This document shows positions 17,012-26,478 of a stretch of DNA of 39,992 nt, in pieces. How positions within the stretch are numbered: the stretch's first letter is position 1; the number at the start of each line of letters is the position of its first letter. The notes below the pieces were generated by a model. That model was not told the DNA's origin. It saw only the letters and a list, made by a program, of their open reading frames with translations, and ran no database searches. The stretch covers positions 1 through 39,992 of IMG/VR virus record IMGVR_UViG_2875722834_000002. One strand, written 5' to 3'. The stretch is from a virus. Its lineage: Duplodnaviria; Heunggongvirae; Uroviricota; Caudoviricetes. The translations under genes were made by a program, and so were the position numbers.

Positions 17012-18741
17012 GCCGGAAATATTACCCCAACGTAAATGCTGCCAATCAGTATGCCCGTGATGTCGTGCGCGGAAAGATTGTGGCCTGCCAGTTTGTGATT
17101 CAGGCCTGCCAGCGCCATCTTGATGACCTGATGGCGGAAAAAAGTAAGTCGTTTCGTTACCGCTTCGACAAGGACCTGGCTGAACGGGCCGCGAAATTTA
17201 TTCAGCTGTTGCCACACACCAAGGGGGAGTGGGCATTCAAGAGGATGCCCATCACGCTGGAACCGTGGCAGCTCTTTGTGATCTGCTGTGCGTTTGGCTG
17301 GGTCAATAAAGGCTCCCGGCTGCGCCGCTTCAGGGAGGTGTATACCGAAATCCCCCGTAAGAACGGCAAATCGGCAATCTCTGCCGGTGTTGCCCTGTAT
17401 TGTTTTGCCTGTGATAACGAGTTTGGCGCGGAAGTGTATTCCGGTGCCACGACAGAGAAACAGGCGTGGGAAGTCTTTCGCCCGGCGCGACTGATGTGTA
17501 AACGCACACCCATGCTGACGGAAGCGTTCGGGATTGAGGTTAACGCCTCAAACATGAACCGTCCGGAGGATGGCGCGCGGTTTGAACCGCTGATCGGTAA
17601 CCCCGGTGATGGTTCATCACCCCACTGTGCCGTGGTGGATGAATATCACGAGCACGCCACCGATGCGCTTTATACCACGATGCTTACCGGGATGGGCGCG
17701 CGACGTCAGCCACTGATGTGGGCCATTACTACTGCCGGGTACAACATTGAGGGGCCGTGCTACGACAAGCGGCGGGAAGTTATCGAGATGCTCAACGGTT
17801 CGGTACCCAACGATGAACTGTTCGGGATCATCTATACCGTTGACGAAGGCGATGACTGGACCGACCCGCAGGTGCTGGAAAAAGCTAACCCGAACATTGG
17901 CGTGTCGGTTTATCGCGAATTTTTGTTAAGTCAGCAGCAGCGTGCGAAAAATAACGCCCGTCTGGCAAACGTCTTTAAAACAAAACACCTCAATATCTGG
18001 GTGTCGGCGCGTTCGGCGTATTTCAACCTGGTGAGCTGGCAGAGCTGCGAGGATAAATCACTGACCCTTGATCAGTTCGAGGGGCAACCGTGCATTCTGG
18101 CCTTTGACCTGGCGCGTAAGCTGGATATGAACAGCATGGCGCGACTTTATACCCGCGAGATTGACGGTAAAACGCATTACTACAGTGTGGCTCCGCGCTT
18201 CTGGGTACCGTATGACACGGTGTACAGCGTCGAGAAAAATGAAGATCGCCGGACAGCCGAACGCTTTCAGAAATGGGTGGAGATGGGGGTTCTGACCGTT
18301 ACCGATGGTGCGGAGGTGGATTATCGCTACATCCTCGAGGAGGCCAAAGCGGCGAACAAAATCAGCCCGGTCAGTGAGTCACCCATCGACCCCTTCGGGG
18401 CGACCGGGTTGTCACATGACCTTGCTGATGAAGACCTGAATCCCGTCACTATCATTCAGAACTACACCAACATGTCCGACCCGATGAAAGAGCTGGAAGC
18501 GGCAATTGAATCGGGGCGCTTTCATCATGATGGCAATCCCATCATGACCTGGTGTATCGGCAATGTGGTCGGCAAAACCATTCCGGGTAACGATGATGTG
18601 GTGAAACCCGTCAAAGAGCAGGCGGAAAACAAAATTGACGGTGCAGTTGCGCTGATTATGGCGGTTGGCAGAGCCATGCTGTACGAGAAAGAAGACACGC
18701 TGTCTGACCACATTGAGTCCTATGGGATCCGCTCGCTTTAA
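17008..18741 (+). CDS. Terminase large subunit (HK97-type)
   Basis: 577 aa with ATPase and nuclease regions in the usual order; position between TerS and portal. Confidence 0.9.
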
Positions 18742-18752
18742 CTGAGGTAATT

Positions 18753-18935
18753 ATGATCATGCTGATTCTCGCGCCTCTGGTGGGCGTGCTGGGGGCGCTT
18801 TTGCTGGCGTATGGTGCCTGGCTGATTTATCCCCCGGCGGGGTTTGTTGTTGCCGGGGCGTTGTGCCTGTTCTGGTCGTGGCTGGTGGCGCGATATCTCG
18901 ACCGTACACAGTCGTCTGTCGGCGGAGGTAAATAG
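18753..18935 (+). CDS. Small hydrophobic protein between TerL and portal
   Basis: 60-aa ORF with two predicted TM segments; GAGGT RBS 4 nt upstream. Confidence 0.4.
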
Positions 18936-20176
18936 TGTTCTTTTCGGGATTATTTCAACGAAAAAGTGACGCACCGGTGACCACGCCAGCAGAGCTGGCG
19001 GATGCTATCGGGTTGTCCTACGACACCTATACCGGAAAGCAGATCAGCAGCCAGCGGGCCATGCGACTGACGGCGGTTTTTTCCTGCGTCAGGGTGCTGG
19101 CAGAGTCGGTCGGGATGTTGCCCTGCAATCTGTATCACCTGAACGGCAGCCTGAAACAGAGAGCCACCGGCGAGCGTCTGCATAAGCTGATCTCCACGCA
19201 TCCCAATGGCTATATGACGCCGCAGGAGTTCTGGGAGCTGGTGGTCACCTGTCTGTGCCTGCGGGGAAACTTTTACGCCTACAAAGTGAAAGCATTTGGC
19301 GAAGTGGCTGAACTGCTGCCCGTCGATCCCGGCTGTGTGGTACCGAAGCTTAACAGTAGCTGGGAGCCGGTCTATCAGGTCACATTCCCGGACGGCTCCA
19401 CGGATGTACTGAGCCAGGAGGATATCTGGCATGTGCGCACGCTGACGCTGGACGGTCTGGTGGGACTGAATCCCATCGCCTATGCCCGCGAGGCAATATC
19501 GCTGGCAGCTGCGACCGAAGAGCACGGGGCCAGACTGTTCAGCAATGGTGCGGTGACGTCCGGTGTGTTGCGTACAGAGCAGACGCTGTCGGATCAGGCT
19601 TATGAGCGCCTGAAGAAAGATTTTGAGGAGCGTCACACCGGGCTTGGCAATGCTCACCGACCGATGATCCTTGAGATGGGGCTGGACTGGAAGTCGATGG
19701 CGCTGAACGCCGAGGACAGCCAGTTCCTGGAAACCCGCAAGTTTCAGCTTGAAGAAATCTGTCGTCTGTTCCGGGTGCCGTTGCACATGGTGCAGAACAC
19801 CGATCGCGCCACCTTCAACAATATCGAAGAACTGGGGCTCGGATTTATCAACTATTCACTGGTGCCGTATCTGACCCGCATCGAACAGCGGATCAACACC
19901 GGACTGGTACGAAAAAGTAAGCAGGGTGTTTATTACGCCAAATTTAACGCCGGGGCGTTACTGCGCGGGGATATGAAGTCCCGTTTTGAAGCCTACGCCA
20001 CCGGGATTAACTGGGGAATTTACTCTCCCAATGACTGCCGCGACCTGGAAGATATGAATCCGCGTCCCGGTGGGAATGTCTATCTCACACCGATGAACAT
20101 GACCACGAAACCCTCCGATGGCAGTAAAGCCGGTAAGCAGAAGGATAACGCCAATGCAGACGAAACAACGTCTTGA
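18935..20176 (+). CDS. Portal protein (HK97 family)
   Basis: GTG start with GGAGGT RBS; 413 aa; conserved position and sequence character of HK97-type portals. Confidence 0.85.
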   Translation: MFFSGLFQRKSDAPVTTPAELADAIGLSYDTYTGKQISSQRAMRLTAVFSCVRVLAESVGMLPCNLYHLNGSLKQRATGERLHKLISTHPNGYMTPQEFWELVVTCLCLRGNFYAYKVKAFGEVAELLPVDPGCVVPKLNSSWEPVYQVTFPDGSTDVLSQEDIWHVRTLTLDGLVGLNPIAYAREAISLAAATEEHGARLFSNGAVTSGVLRTEQTLSDQAYERLKKDFEERHTGLGNAHRPMILEMGLDWKSMALNAEDSQFLETRKFQLEEICRLFRVPLHMVQNTDRATFNNIEELGLGFINYSLVPYLTRIEQRINTGLVRKSKQGVYYAKFNAGALLRGDMKSRFEAYATGINWGIYSPNDCRDLEDMNPRPGGNVYLTPMNMTTKPSDGSKAGKQKDNANADETTS

Positions 20177-20804
20177 TGTACCGCTGAGTCTGAAATCTGT
20201 CAGTGACTCCGGTGAGTTTGAAGGGTATGGCTCCGTCTTTGGTGTAAAGGACAGCCAAGATGATGTGGTGATGTCCGGGGCATTTGCTGCTTCCCTGCGG
20301 GCGTGGAGTGACAGAAAAGCGTTACCTGCGCTGCTCTGGCAGCACCGCATGGATGAACCCATCGGTGTTTACACTGAAATGAAGGAAGACGATGTCGGGC
20401 TTTACGTCAGGGGACGGTTGCTTATTGATGATGATCCCCTCGCAAAACGCGCACATGCACACATGAAGGCCGGTTCGTTAACCGGCCTTTCTATTGGGTA
20501 CGTCCTGAAAGACTGGGAATACGACCGGAGCAAAGAAGCCTTTTTGCTGAAAGAAATCGACCTCTGGGAAGTCAGTCTGGTGACGTTTCCGTCTAACGAC
20601 GAGGCGCGGATCAGCGACGTCAAGAACGCACTGGCCCGCGGGGAAATCCCTGAACAGAAAAAAATCGAAAGAGTCCTGCGTGATGTCGGACTCTCCCGTA
20701 CCCAGGCCAAAGCATTCATGGCCGGGGGCTATGGCGCACTGTCCCTGCGCGACGCTGAGGATGTGAGCTCTGCACTGAATGCACTGAAAAATCTGAACTT
20801 CTAA
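20154..20804 (+). CDS. Prohead protease (HK97 family)
   Basis: ATG at 20154 (AAGGA RBS) preferred over 20118; conserved position between portal and capsid genes. Confidence 0.8.
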   Translation: MQTKQRLDVPLSLKSVSDSGEFEGYGSVFGVKDSQDDVVMSGAFAASLRAWSDRKALPALLWQHRMDEPIGVYTEMKEDDVGLYVRGRLLIDDDPLAKRAHAHMKAGSLTGLSIGYVLKDWEYDRSKEAFLLKEIDLWEVSLVTFPSNDEARISDVKNALARGEIPEQKKIERVLRDVGLSRTQAKAFMAGGYGALSLRDAEDVSSALNALKNLNF

Positions 20805-20818
20805 TCAGGAGAAATACG

Positions 20819-22024
20819 ATGGCGGTAGATATTAAAGATGTCGAACAGGTCGCGCAGGAGCTGCAGCAGAAGTTTGACGACTTCAAAGCAAATAACGACA
20901 AGCGCGTGGATGCGATTGAGCAGGAAAAAGGCAAGCTTGCCGGGCAGGTGGAAACCCTGAACGGGAAACTCAGCGAGCTGGAAAACCTCAAAAGCGATCT
21001 TGAAAAAGAGCTGCTTGAGCTGAAACGTCCGGCAGGTGGTGCGCAAAATAAACTGGCCACCGAGCATAAAGAAGCGTTTGTGGGCTTCCTGCGTAAAGGC
21101 CGTGAAGATGGTCTGCGCGATCTGGAGCGCAAGGCATTACAGGTGGGCACCGATGAAGACGGCGGCTATGCCGTGCCGGAAGCACTGGATCGCAACATTC
21201 TCACCCTGCTGAAAGATGAAGTGGTGATGCGCCAGGAAGCCACGGTGATCACCGTTGGTGGCTCCGACTACAAAAAACTGGTGAATCTGGGCGGCACGGC
21301 TTCTGGATGGGTTGGCGAGACTGAAGCGCGCTCCCAGACTGCCAACTCAAAACTGGGCCTGATTGAACCTTTCATGGGGGAAATCTACGGTAACCCGCAG
21401 GCCACCCAGAAAATGCTGGATGATGCCTTTTTCAACGTGGAAGCATGGATCAACAGCGAGCTGGCAACCGAATTTGCCGAACAGGAAGAAATTGCCTTTA
21501 CCACCGGCGATGGTACCAAGAAGCCGAAAGGGTTCCTGGCGTATGAATCCACGGATGAAACCGATAAGGTCCGGGCGTTCGGCAAACTTCAGCATATTGT
21601 ATCCGGCGCCGCGACGGCGGTGACCGCAGACGCCATTATCAAACTGATTTACACGCTGCGTAAGGCACACCGCACCGGCGCGAAGTTCATGATGAACAAC
21701 AATAGCCTGTTTGCCATCCGTCTGCTGAAAGACAGCGAGGGTAACTATCTGTGGCGTCCGGGGCTGGAGCTGGGGCAGCCGTCCTCTCTGGCGGGTTACG
21801 GTATCGCTGAAAACGAACAGATGCCGGATATCTCCGCTGATGCGAAAGCCATTGCATTTGGTAACTTCAAACGGGGTTACACCATCGTTGACCGTATCGG
21901 CACCCGCATTCTGCGTGACCCGTACACCAATAAACCGTTTGTCGGTTTTTATACCACCAAGCGCACCGGCGGGATGCTGGTCGATTCGCAGGCCATCAAA
22001 CTGCTGAAGATTGCAGCGGCGTAA
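20819..22024 (+). CDS. Major capsid protein (HK97 fold) with N-terminal coiled-coil delta domain
   Basis: 401 aa; N-terminal 100 aa are coiled-coil-like (scaffold/delta domain), followed by a capsid-like body; a GC hairpin follows the gene. Confidence 0.9.
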   Translation: MAVDIKDVEQVAQELQQKFDDFKANNDKRVDAIEQEKGKLAGQVETLNGKLSELENLKSDLEKELLELKRPAGGAQNKLATEHKEAFVGFLRKGREDGLRDLERKALQVGTDEDGGYAVPEALDRNILTLLKDEVVMRQEATVITVGGSDYKKLVNLGGTASGWVGETEARSQTANSKLGLIEPFMGEIYGNPQATQKMLDDAFFNVEAWINSELATEFAEQEEIAFTTGDGTKKPKGFLAYESTDETDKVRAFGKLQHIVSGAATAVTADAIIKLIYTLRKAHRTGAKFMMNNNSLFAIRLLKDSEGNYLWRPGLELGQPSSLAGYGIAENEQMPDISADAKAIAFGNFKRGYTIVDRIGTRILRDPYTNKPFVGFYTTKRTGGMLVDSQAIKLLKIAAA

Positions 22025-22073
22025 TCACTCAGGGGCGCGGAACCGCGCCCCCTGTTCTGACGGGTGAAGAATC

Positions 22074-22274
22074 ATGATCCTGAAACAAGATCTGAAATGG
22101 TCACCGGACGGTATGCGTGTTGAGGTCATTCGGGCCGGTGAGTATGACGACGGGGTGCTTCCTGCCCGGGTGCAGGAGATTGCACTTCAGGCCGGGTTAG
22201 CAGAGCGCGGAACCAGTGCAAAAAGCAGTAAAGCGGCAAAAGAGAAAAAATCCACGACCAGTAAAGAGAGCTGA
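22074..22274 (+). CDS. Hypothetical head-associated protein
   Basis: 66-aa ORF between the capsid and connector genes; Lys/Ser-rich C-terminus. Confidence 0.45.
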   Translation: MILKQDLKWSPDGMRVEVIRAGEYDDGVLPARVQEIALQAGLAERGTSAKSSKAAKEKKSTTSKES

Positions 22275-22276
22275 GT

Positions 22277-22600
22277 ATGCTTCTGACAATGGAAGAGATT
22301 AAAGCCCAACTCCGGCTGGATGAGGATTTCGATACTGATGACCGCCATCTGCAACTGCTGGCCTGTGCGGCGCAAAAGCGGACGGAAACGTATCTGAACC
22401 GGAAGCTCTATGCACCGGATGAAACCATTCCGGACAGCGATCCGGACGGGCTGCACCTGTCGGATGATATTCGTCTGGGGATGCTGATGCTTATCAGCCA
22501 TTTTTACGAAAACCGCTCGTCGGTTACGGAAGTGGAGAAACTCGACATGCCGCAGAGTTTTGGCTGGCTTGTCGGCCCGTACAGGTACTTTCCGCAATGA
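22277..22600 (+). CDS. Head-tail connector protein (gp6-like)
   Basis: N-terminus MLLTMEEIKAQLRLD... typical of gp6-like connectors. Confidence 0.75.
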   Translation: MLLTMEEIKAQLRLDEDFDTDDRHLQLLACAAQKRTETYLNRKLYAPDETIPDSDPDGLHLSDDIRLGMLMLISHFYENRSSVTEVEKLDMPQSFGWLVGPYRYFPQ

Positions 22601-23007
22601 AAATTCGTCAGGCGCAGACCAGCGCAACCTACATTCTGCCGGACCCCGGTGAACTGAATAAACGCGTCCTGATCCGCCAGCGGGTGGATATGCCCGCGGA
22701 TAACTTTGGCGTGGAGTCTCAATACCCGGTTACGTTCCGGACATGGGCGAAGGTTATCCAGACCAGTGCCACCACCTGGCAGGAAACCGCGCAGACCGGG
22801 GACGCCATCACCCATTACATCACCATTCGCTACCGCCGGGGGATCACCGCTGATTATGAGGTGGTCTGCGGTGACAGTGTGTACCGGGTGAAACGTCAGC
22901 GCGATCTGAACGGGGCGCGGCGCTTTCTGCTGCTGGAGTGTACGGAACTGGGCGAATGTAGGCAGAGTCACGGAGGCAGCAATGGCGACTCCCTTTTTTC
23001 ACGTTGA
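22597..23007 (+). CDS. Head closure / head-tail adaptor protein
   Basis: Position and size after the gp6-like gene. Confidence 0.6.
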   Translation: MKIRQAQTSATYILPDPGELNKRVLIRQRVDMPADNFGVESQYPVTFRTWAKVIQTSATTWQETAQTGDAITHYITIRYRRGITADYEVVCGDSVYRVKRQRDLNGARRFLLLECTELGECRQSHGGSNGDSLFSR

Positions 23008-23488
23008 TGTTCAGCAGCCCGCGGAGATGCGCTTTAACCGTGCCCGTGTCCGGCGGGCGTTTGTCACGATTGGGCAGCGTCATATGCGTGATGCCCGTCG
23101 GCTGGTGATGCGCCGTGCGCGGTCGGCACCGGGTGAAAACCCCGGTTATCAGACCGGACGCCTGGCTCGTTCGATTGGTTACATGGTGCCGAGAGCCAGT
23201 AAAAAGCGAACCGGTTTTATGACACGCATTGCCCCTAACCAGCGCAACGGGAAGGGGAACCGGATGATCTCTGGTGACTTCTATCCGGCGTTTCTGTTTT
23301 TTGGTGTCCGGGGAGGAGCAAAGCGTCGTCGCAGCCATCATCGTGGTGCATCCGGTGGCAGCGGCTGGCGACTGGCTCCACGTAATAACTTTATGGTGGA
23401 AACGCTTGAAAAGAACCGCAGCTGGACACGCTATTTTCTGGCGCGGGAATTGCGTAAATCACTGAAGCCGGAGCGACGATACAGATGA
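22982..23488 (+). CDS. HK97 gp10-like head-tail joining / tail component protein
   Basis: 168 aa basic protein in the conserved position. Confidence 0.6.
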   Translation: MATPFFHVDVQQPAEMRFNRARVRRAFVTIGQRHMRDARRLVMRRARSAPGENPGYQTGRLARSIGYMVPRASKKRTGFMTRIAPNQRNGKGNRMISGDFYPAFLFFGVRGGAKRRRSHHRGASGGSGWRLAPRNNFMVETLEKNRSWTRYFLARELRKSLKPERRYR

Positions 23489-24045
23489 AACTGACGCCTG
23501 TTATTGCTGCACTGCGTGCCCGCTGTCCGTATTTTGAAAACCGGGTTGCAGGCGCGGCCCAGTTCAAAAATCTGCCGGAGGTCGGAAAGCTGAAACTCCC
23601 GGCGGCATATGTTGTACCGGGTGATGATTCTCCGGGAGAAAACAAAAGCCAGACCGACTACTGGCAGGAGCTGAAAGAGGGTTTCTCCGTGGTTGTCATA
23701 CTGAGTAACGGGCGTGATGAGCGCGGTCAGTTTGCCTCGTATGATGTGGTGGACGATGTCCGGCAGATGCTCTTTAAGGCTCTGCTGGGCTGGAACCCGG
23801 AGGCGTGCGGTAACCCGATTACCTATGACGGCGGCACGCTGCTGGATCTGAATCGTCATGAGCTGATTTATCAGTTCGATTTTTCGGTCATCAGCGAGCT
23901 GACTGAAGACGATACCCGCCAGCAGGATGATCTGAACAGTCTGGATGAACTGCAAACGCTGGCGATTGATGTTGATTATCTCGAGCCCGGTAACGGGCCT
24001 GACGGCGATATCGAACATCACACCGAAATAACCCTTCCTTCCTGA
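23485..24045 (+). CDS. Tail completion / tail terminator-like protein
   Basis: 186 aa, immediately upstream of the sheath module. Confidence 0.5.
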   Translation: MKLTPVIAALRARCPYFENRVAGAAQFKNLPEVGKLKLPAAYVVPGDDSPGENKSQTDYWQELKEGFSVVVILSNGRDERGQFASYDVVDDVRQMLFKALLGWNPEACGNPITYDGGTLLDLNRHELIYQFDFSVISELTEDDTRQQDDLNSLDELQTLAIDVDYLEPGNGPDGDIEHHTEITLPS

Positions 24046-24053
24046 GGATCCTC

Positions 24054-24224
24054 ATGTTTGTCAAACCTGTTAAAGGGCGGTCAGTTCCTGACCCTGCCCG
24101 CGGCGACCTTTTGCCCGCCGAAGGGCGAAATGTTGACGAGAACAACTACTGGCTGCGCCGTGAAGCAGCGGGTGATATCCGGCGCGTGAATAAAAAGGTG
24201 AATACCGATGACGACAAGCTTTAA
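24054..24224 (+). CDS. Small Mu-like tail-associated protein (DUF2635-like), 56 aa; absent from the ORF track because it is under 60 aa
   Basis: ATG at 24054 with GAGGA RBS; translates MFVKPVKGRSVPDPARGDLLPAEGRNVDENNYWLRREAAGDIRRVNKKVNTDDDKL; overlaps the sheath gene start. Confidence 0.5.
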   Translation: MFVKPVKGRSVPDPARGDLLPAEGRNVDENNYWLRREAAGDIRRVNKKVNTDDDKL

Positions 24225-25704
24225 CACCATTCCGTCGAATACGCTGGTTCCGTTGTTTTATGCGGAAATGGATAACCAGGCGGCGAATACTGCACAGGAC
24301 AGCGGAGCATCGCTGCTGATTGGTCATGCCAATAACGGTGCAGAGATTGTTGCCAACAGTCTGGTACTGATGCCGTCGGCAGACTATGCACGCCAGATTT
24401 GTGGTGCGGGAAGTCAGCTGGCGCGTATGGTCGAGGCTTATCGCCAGACTGACCCGTTTGGCGAGCTGTATGTGATTGCCGTTCCGGAAGCCACAGGCGC
24501 GGCGGCAACGGTTACGCTGACGGTGACCGGGGCGGCAACCGAAACCGGCACGGTGAATGTTTATGTGGGACGTACCCGCGTGCAGGCACCGGTGACCAAT
24601 GGCGATAACGTCGCGACGATTGCCGGCAGTATCCAGGATGCCATCAATGCCGTTCCGGCCCTGCCGTTTACGGCCTCATCTTCGGCTGGCGTGGTCACAC
24701 TGACCGCGCGTCATAAGGGGCTTTGCGGGAATGAAATTCCTGTCAGCCTCAATTACTACGGCTTCGGTGGGGGCGAAGTGCTGCCTGCGGGCGTACAGAT
24801 TGCCGTGGCGGCGGGGACCGCCGGAACGGGGGCTCCTGTTCTCACCGGCGCGGTGGCTGCAATGGCGGATGAGCCGTTTGATTATATCGGTCTGCCGTTC
24901 AACGACACGGCCTCCGTTAACACGCTGGTGACCGAGATGAACGATACCAGCGGTCGCTGGAGCTATGCGCGTCAGCTGTATGGTCATGTGTATACGGCAA
25001 AGATCGGCACGCTGTCAGAACTGGTGACCGCAGGTGACCAGTTTAACCAGCAGCACATTACCCTGGCGGGGTACGAAAAAGAGACCCAGACGCCTGCCGA
25101 CGAGCTGGCGGCAAGCCGTACCGCCCGCGCAGCGGTGTTTATTCGCAACGATCCGGCACGTCCCACGCAGACCGGTGAGCTGGTGGGTATGCTGCCTGCG
25201 CCGAAGGGGAAACGGTTCACGATGACCGAACAACAGACCCTGCTGTCTCATGGCGTGGCAACGGCGTATGTCGAAAGCGGGGTGCTGCGCATTCAGCGTG
25301 ATGTCACCACGTACAGGAAAAATGCTTACGGGGTTGCGGATAACAGCTACCTCGACAGCGAGACGCTGCATACCAGTGCGTATGTACTGCGCAAACTGAA
25401 ATCCGTCATTACCAGTAAGTACGGGCGTCACAAGCTTGCCAGTGACGGTACCCGCTTTGGTCCCGGTCAGGCGATTGTCACCCCGGCGGTGATCAAAGGG
25501 GAACTGCTGGCAACCTACCGTCAGCTCGAGCGTGCGGGGATCGTGGAAAACTACGAACTGTTCAAGCAGTACCTGGTTGTGGAGCGTGATGCCAGCGATC
25601 CGAACCGCCTGAACACGCTGTTCCCGCCTGACTATGTTAACCAGTTGCGTGTTTTTGCCGTGGTTAACCAGTTCCGTCTTCAGTATTCAGAGGAGTCTGC
25701 ATAA
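24208..25704 (+). CDS. Contractile tail sheath protein (Mu L-like)
   Basis: 498 aa; order sheath-tube-chaperone-tape measure. Confidence 0.85.
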   Translation: MTTSFNTIPSNTLVPLFYAEMDNQAANTAQDSGASLLIGHANNGAEIVANSLVLMPSADYARQICGAGSQLARMVEAYRQTDPFGELYVIAVPEATGAAATVTLTVTGAATETGTVNVYVGRTRVQAPVTNGDNVATIAGSIQDAINAVPALPFTASSSAGVVTLTARHKGLCGNEIPVSLNYYGFGGGEVLPAGVQIAVAAGTAGTGAPVLTGAVAAMADEPFDYIGLPFNDTASVNTLVTEMNDTSGRWSYARQLYGHVYTAKIGTLSELVTAGDQFNQQHITLAGYEKETQTPADELAASRTARAAVFIRNDPARPTQTGELVGMLPAPKGKRFTMTEQQTLLSHGVATAYVESGVLRIQRDVTTYRKNAYGVADNSYLDSETLHTSAYVLRKLKSVITSKYGRHKLASDGTRFGPGQAIVTPAVIKGELLATYRQLERAGIVENYELFKQYLVVERDASDPNRLNTLFPPDYVNQLRVFAVVNQFRLQYSEESA

Positions 25705-26060
25705 TGGCCCGTATCGGGGGAACCTGTTATTTCAAAATTGACGGTCAGCAGCTATCGCTGACCGGCGGCATTGAGGTGCCCATGAACAGGACGGTCAATG
25801 ATGACATCATCGGCCTGGACGGTTCAGTGGACCGCAAGGAAACTCACCGTGCGCCTTATGTCAAAGGGACCTTCAAGGTGCCGAAGAATTTTCCGGTGAG
25901 CAAAATCACCTCGTCTGATGAGATGACCATCACTGCTGAGCTGGCGAACGGTCAGGTCTATGTATTGTCGTCAGCCTGGCTGCACGGCGAAGCGAACCAT
26001 AATGCCGAAGAAGGCACGGTTGATCTTGAGTTCCACGGTGAAGAAGGGGATTACCAGTAA
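25704..26060 (+). CDS. Tail tube protein
   Basis: 118 aa directly after the sheath gene. Confidence 0.75.
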   Translation: MARIGGTCYFKIDGQQLSLTGGIEVPMNRTVNDDIIGLDGSVDRKETHRAPYVKGTFKVPKNFPVSKITSSDEMTITAELANGQVYVLSSAWLHGEANHNAEEGTVDLEFHGEEGDYQ

Positions 26061-26329
26061 TGAAAGAGCTTGAGTTAAAGAAACCGATTACCGCTCATGG
26101 CGAGACACTCTCCGTACTGGAGTTTGATGAGCCCACCGGGAAAGATGTCCGCGAGCTGGGATATCCCTACCAGATGAATCAGGATGAGTCCGTCAGACTT
26201 CTGGCGCATGTGGTATCGAAATACATCGTGCGGCTGGCGAAAGTGCCGCAAAGCTCTGTCGACCAGATGTCTCCGGCAGACCTGAATGCAGCGGCGTGGC
26301 TTGTGGCCGGTTTTTTCCTCCAGGCCTGA
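26060..26329 (+). CDS. Tail assembly chaperone (G-like)
   Basis: 89 aa upstream of the tape-measure gene; ends in the slippery heptamer T_TTT_TTC. Confidence 0.75.
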   Translation: MKELELKKPITAHGETLSVLEFDEPTGKDVRELGYPYQMNQDESVRLLAHVVSKYIVRLAKVPQSSVDQMSPADLNAAAWLVAGFFLQA

Positions 26330-26478
26330 CGGCTGAATACCTCACTGATCGCTTCTTTGACTGCGCCAGTTACTGGCGCATTAATCCCTTCGAATTGCTG
26401 AATATGCCGATCAGTGAAATTCCCTTGCTGGTCAGTCAGGCAAACAGGATAGAGCAGGAGAAACGCACACATGGCTGA
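26060..26478 (+). CDS. Tail assembly chaperone, -1 frameshift product (GT-like)
   Basis: Slippery site at 26311-26317 in X_XXY_YYZ register; the -1 frame stays open to 26478 and runs into the tape-measure start. Confidence 0.6.

Noticed and set aside
18950-19786. 278-aa minus-strand ORF inside the portal gene
   Set aside because: Antisense to a well-supported portal gene; Arg/His/Gln-rich composition typical of spurious antisense ORFs in GC-rich DNA; no RBS.
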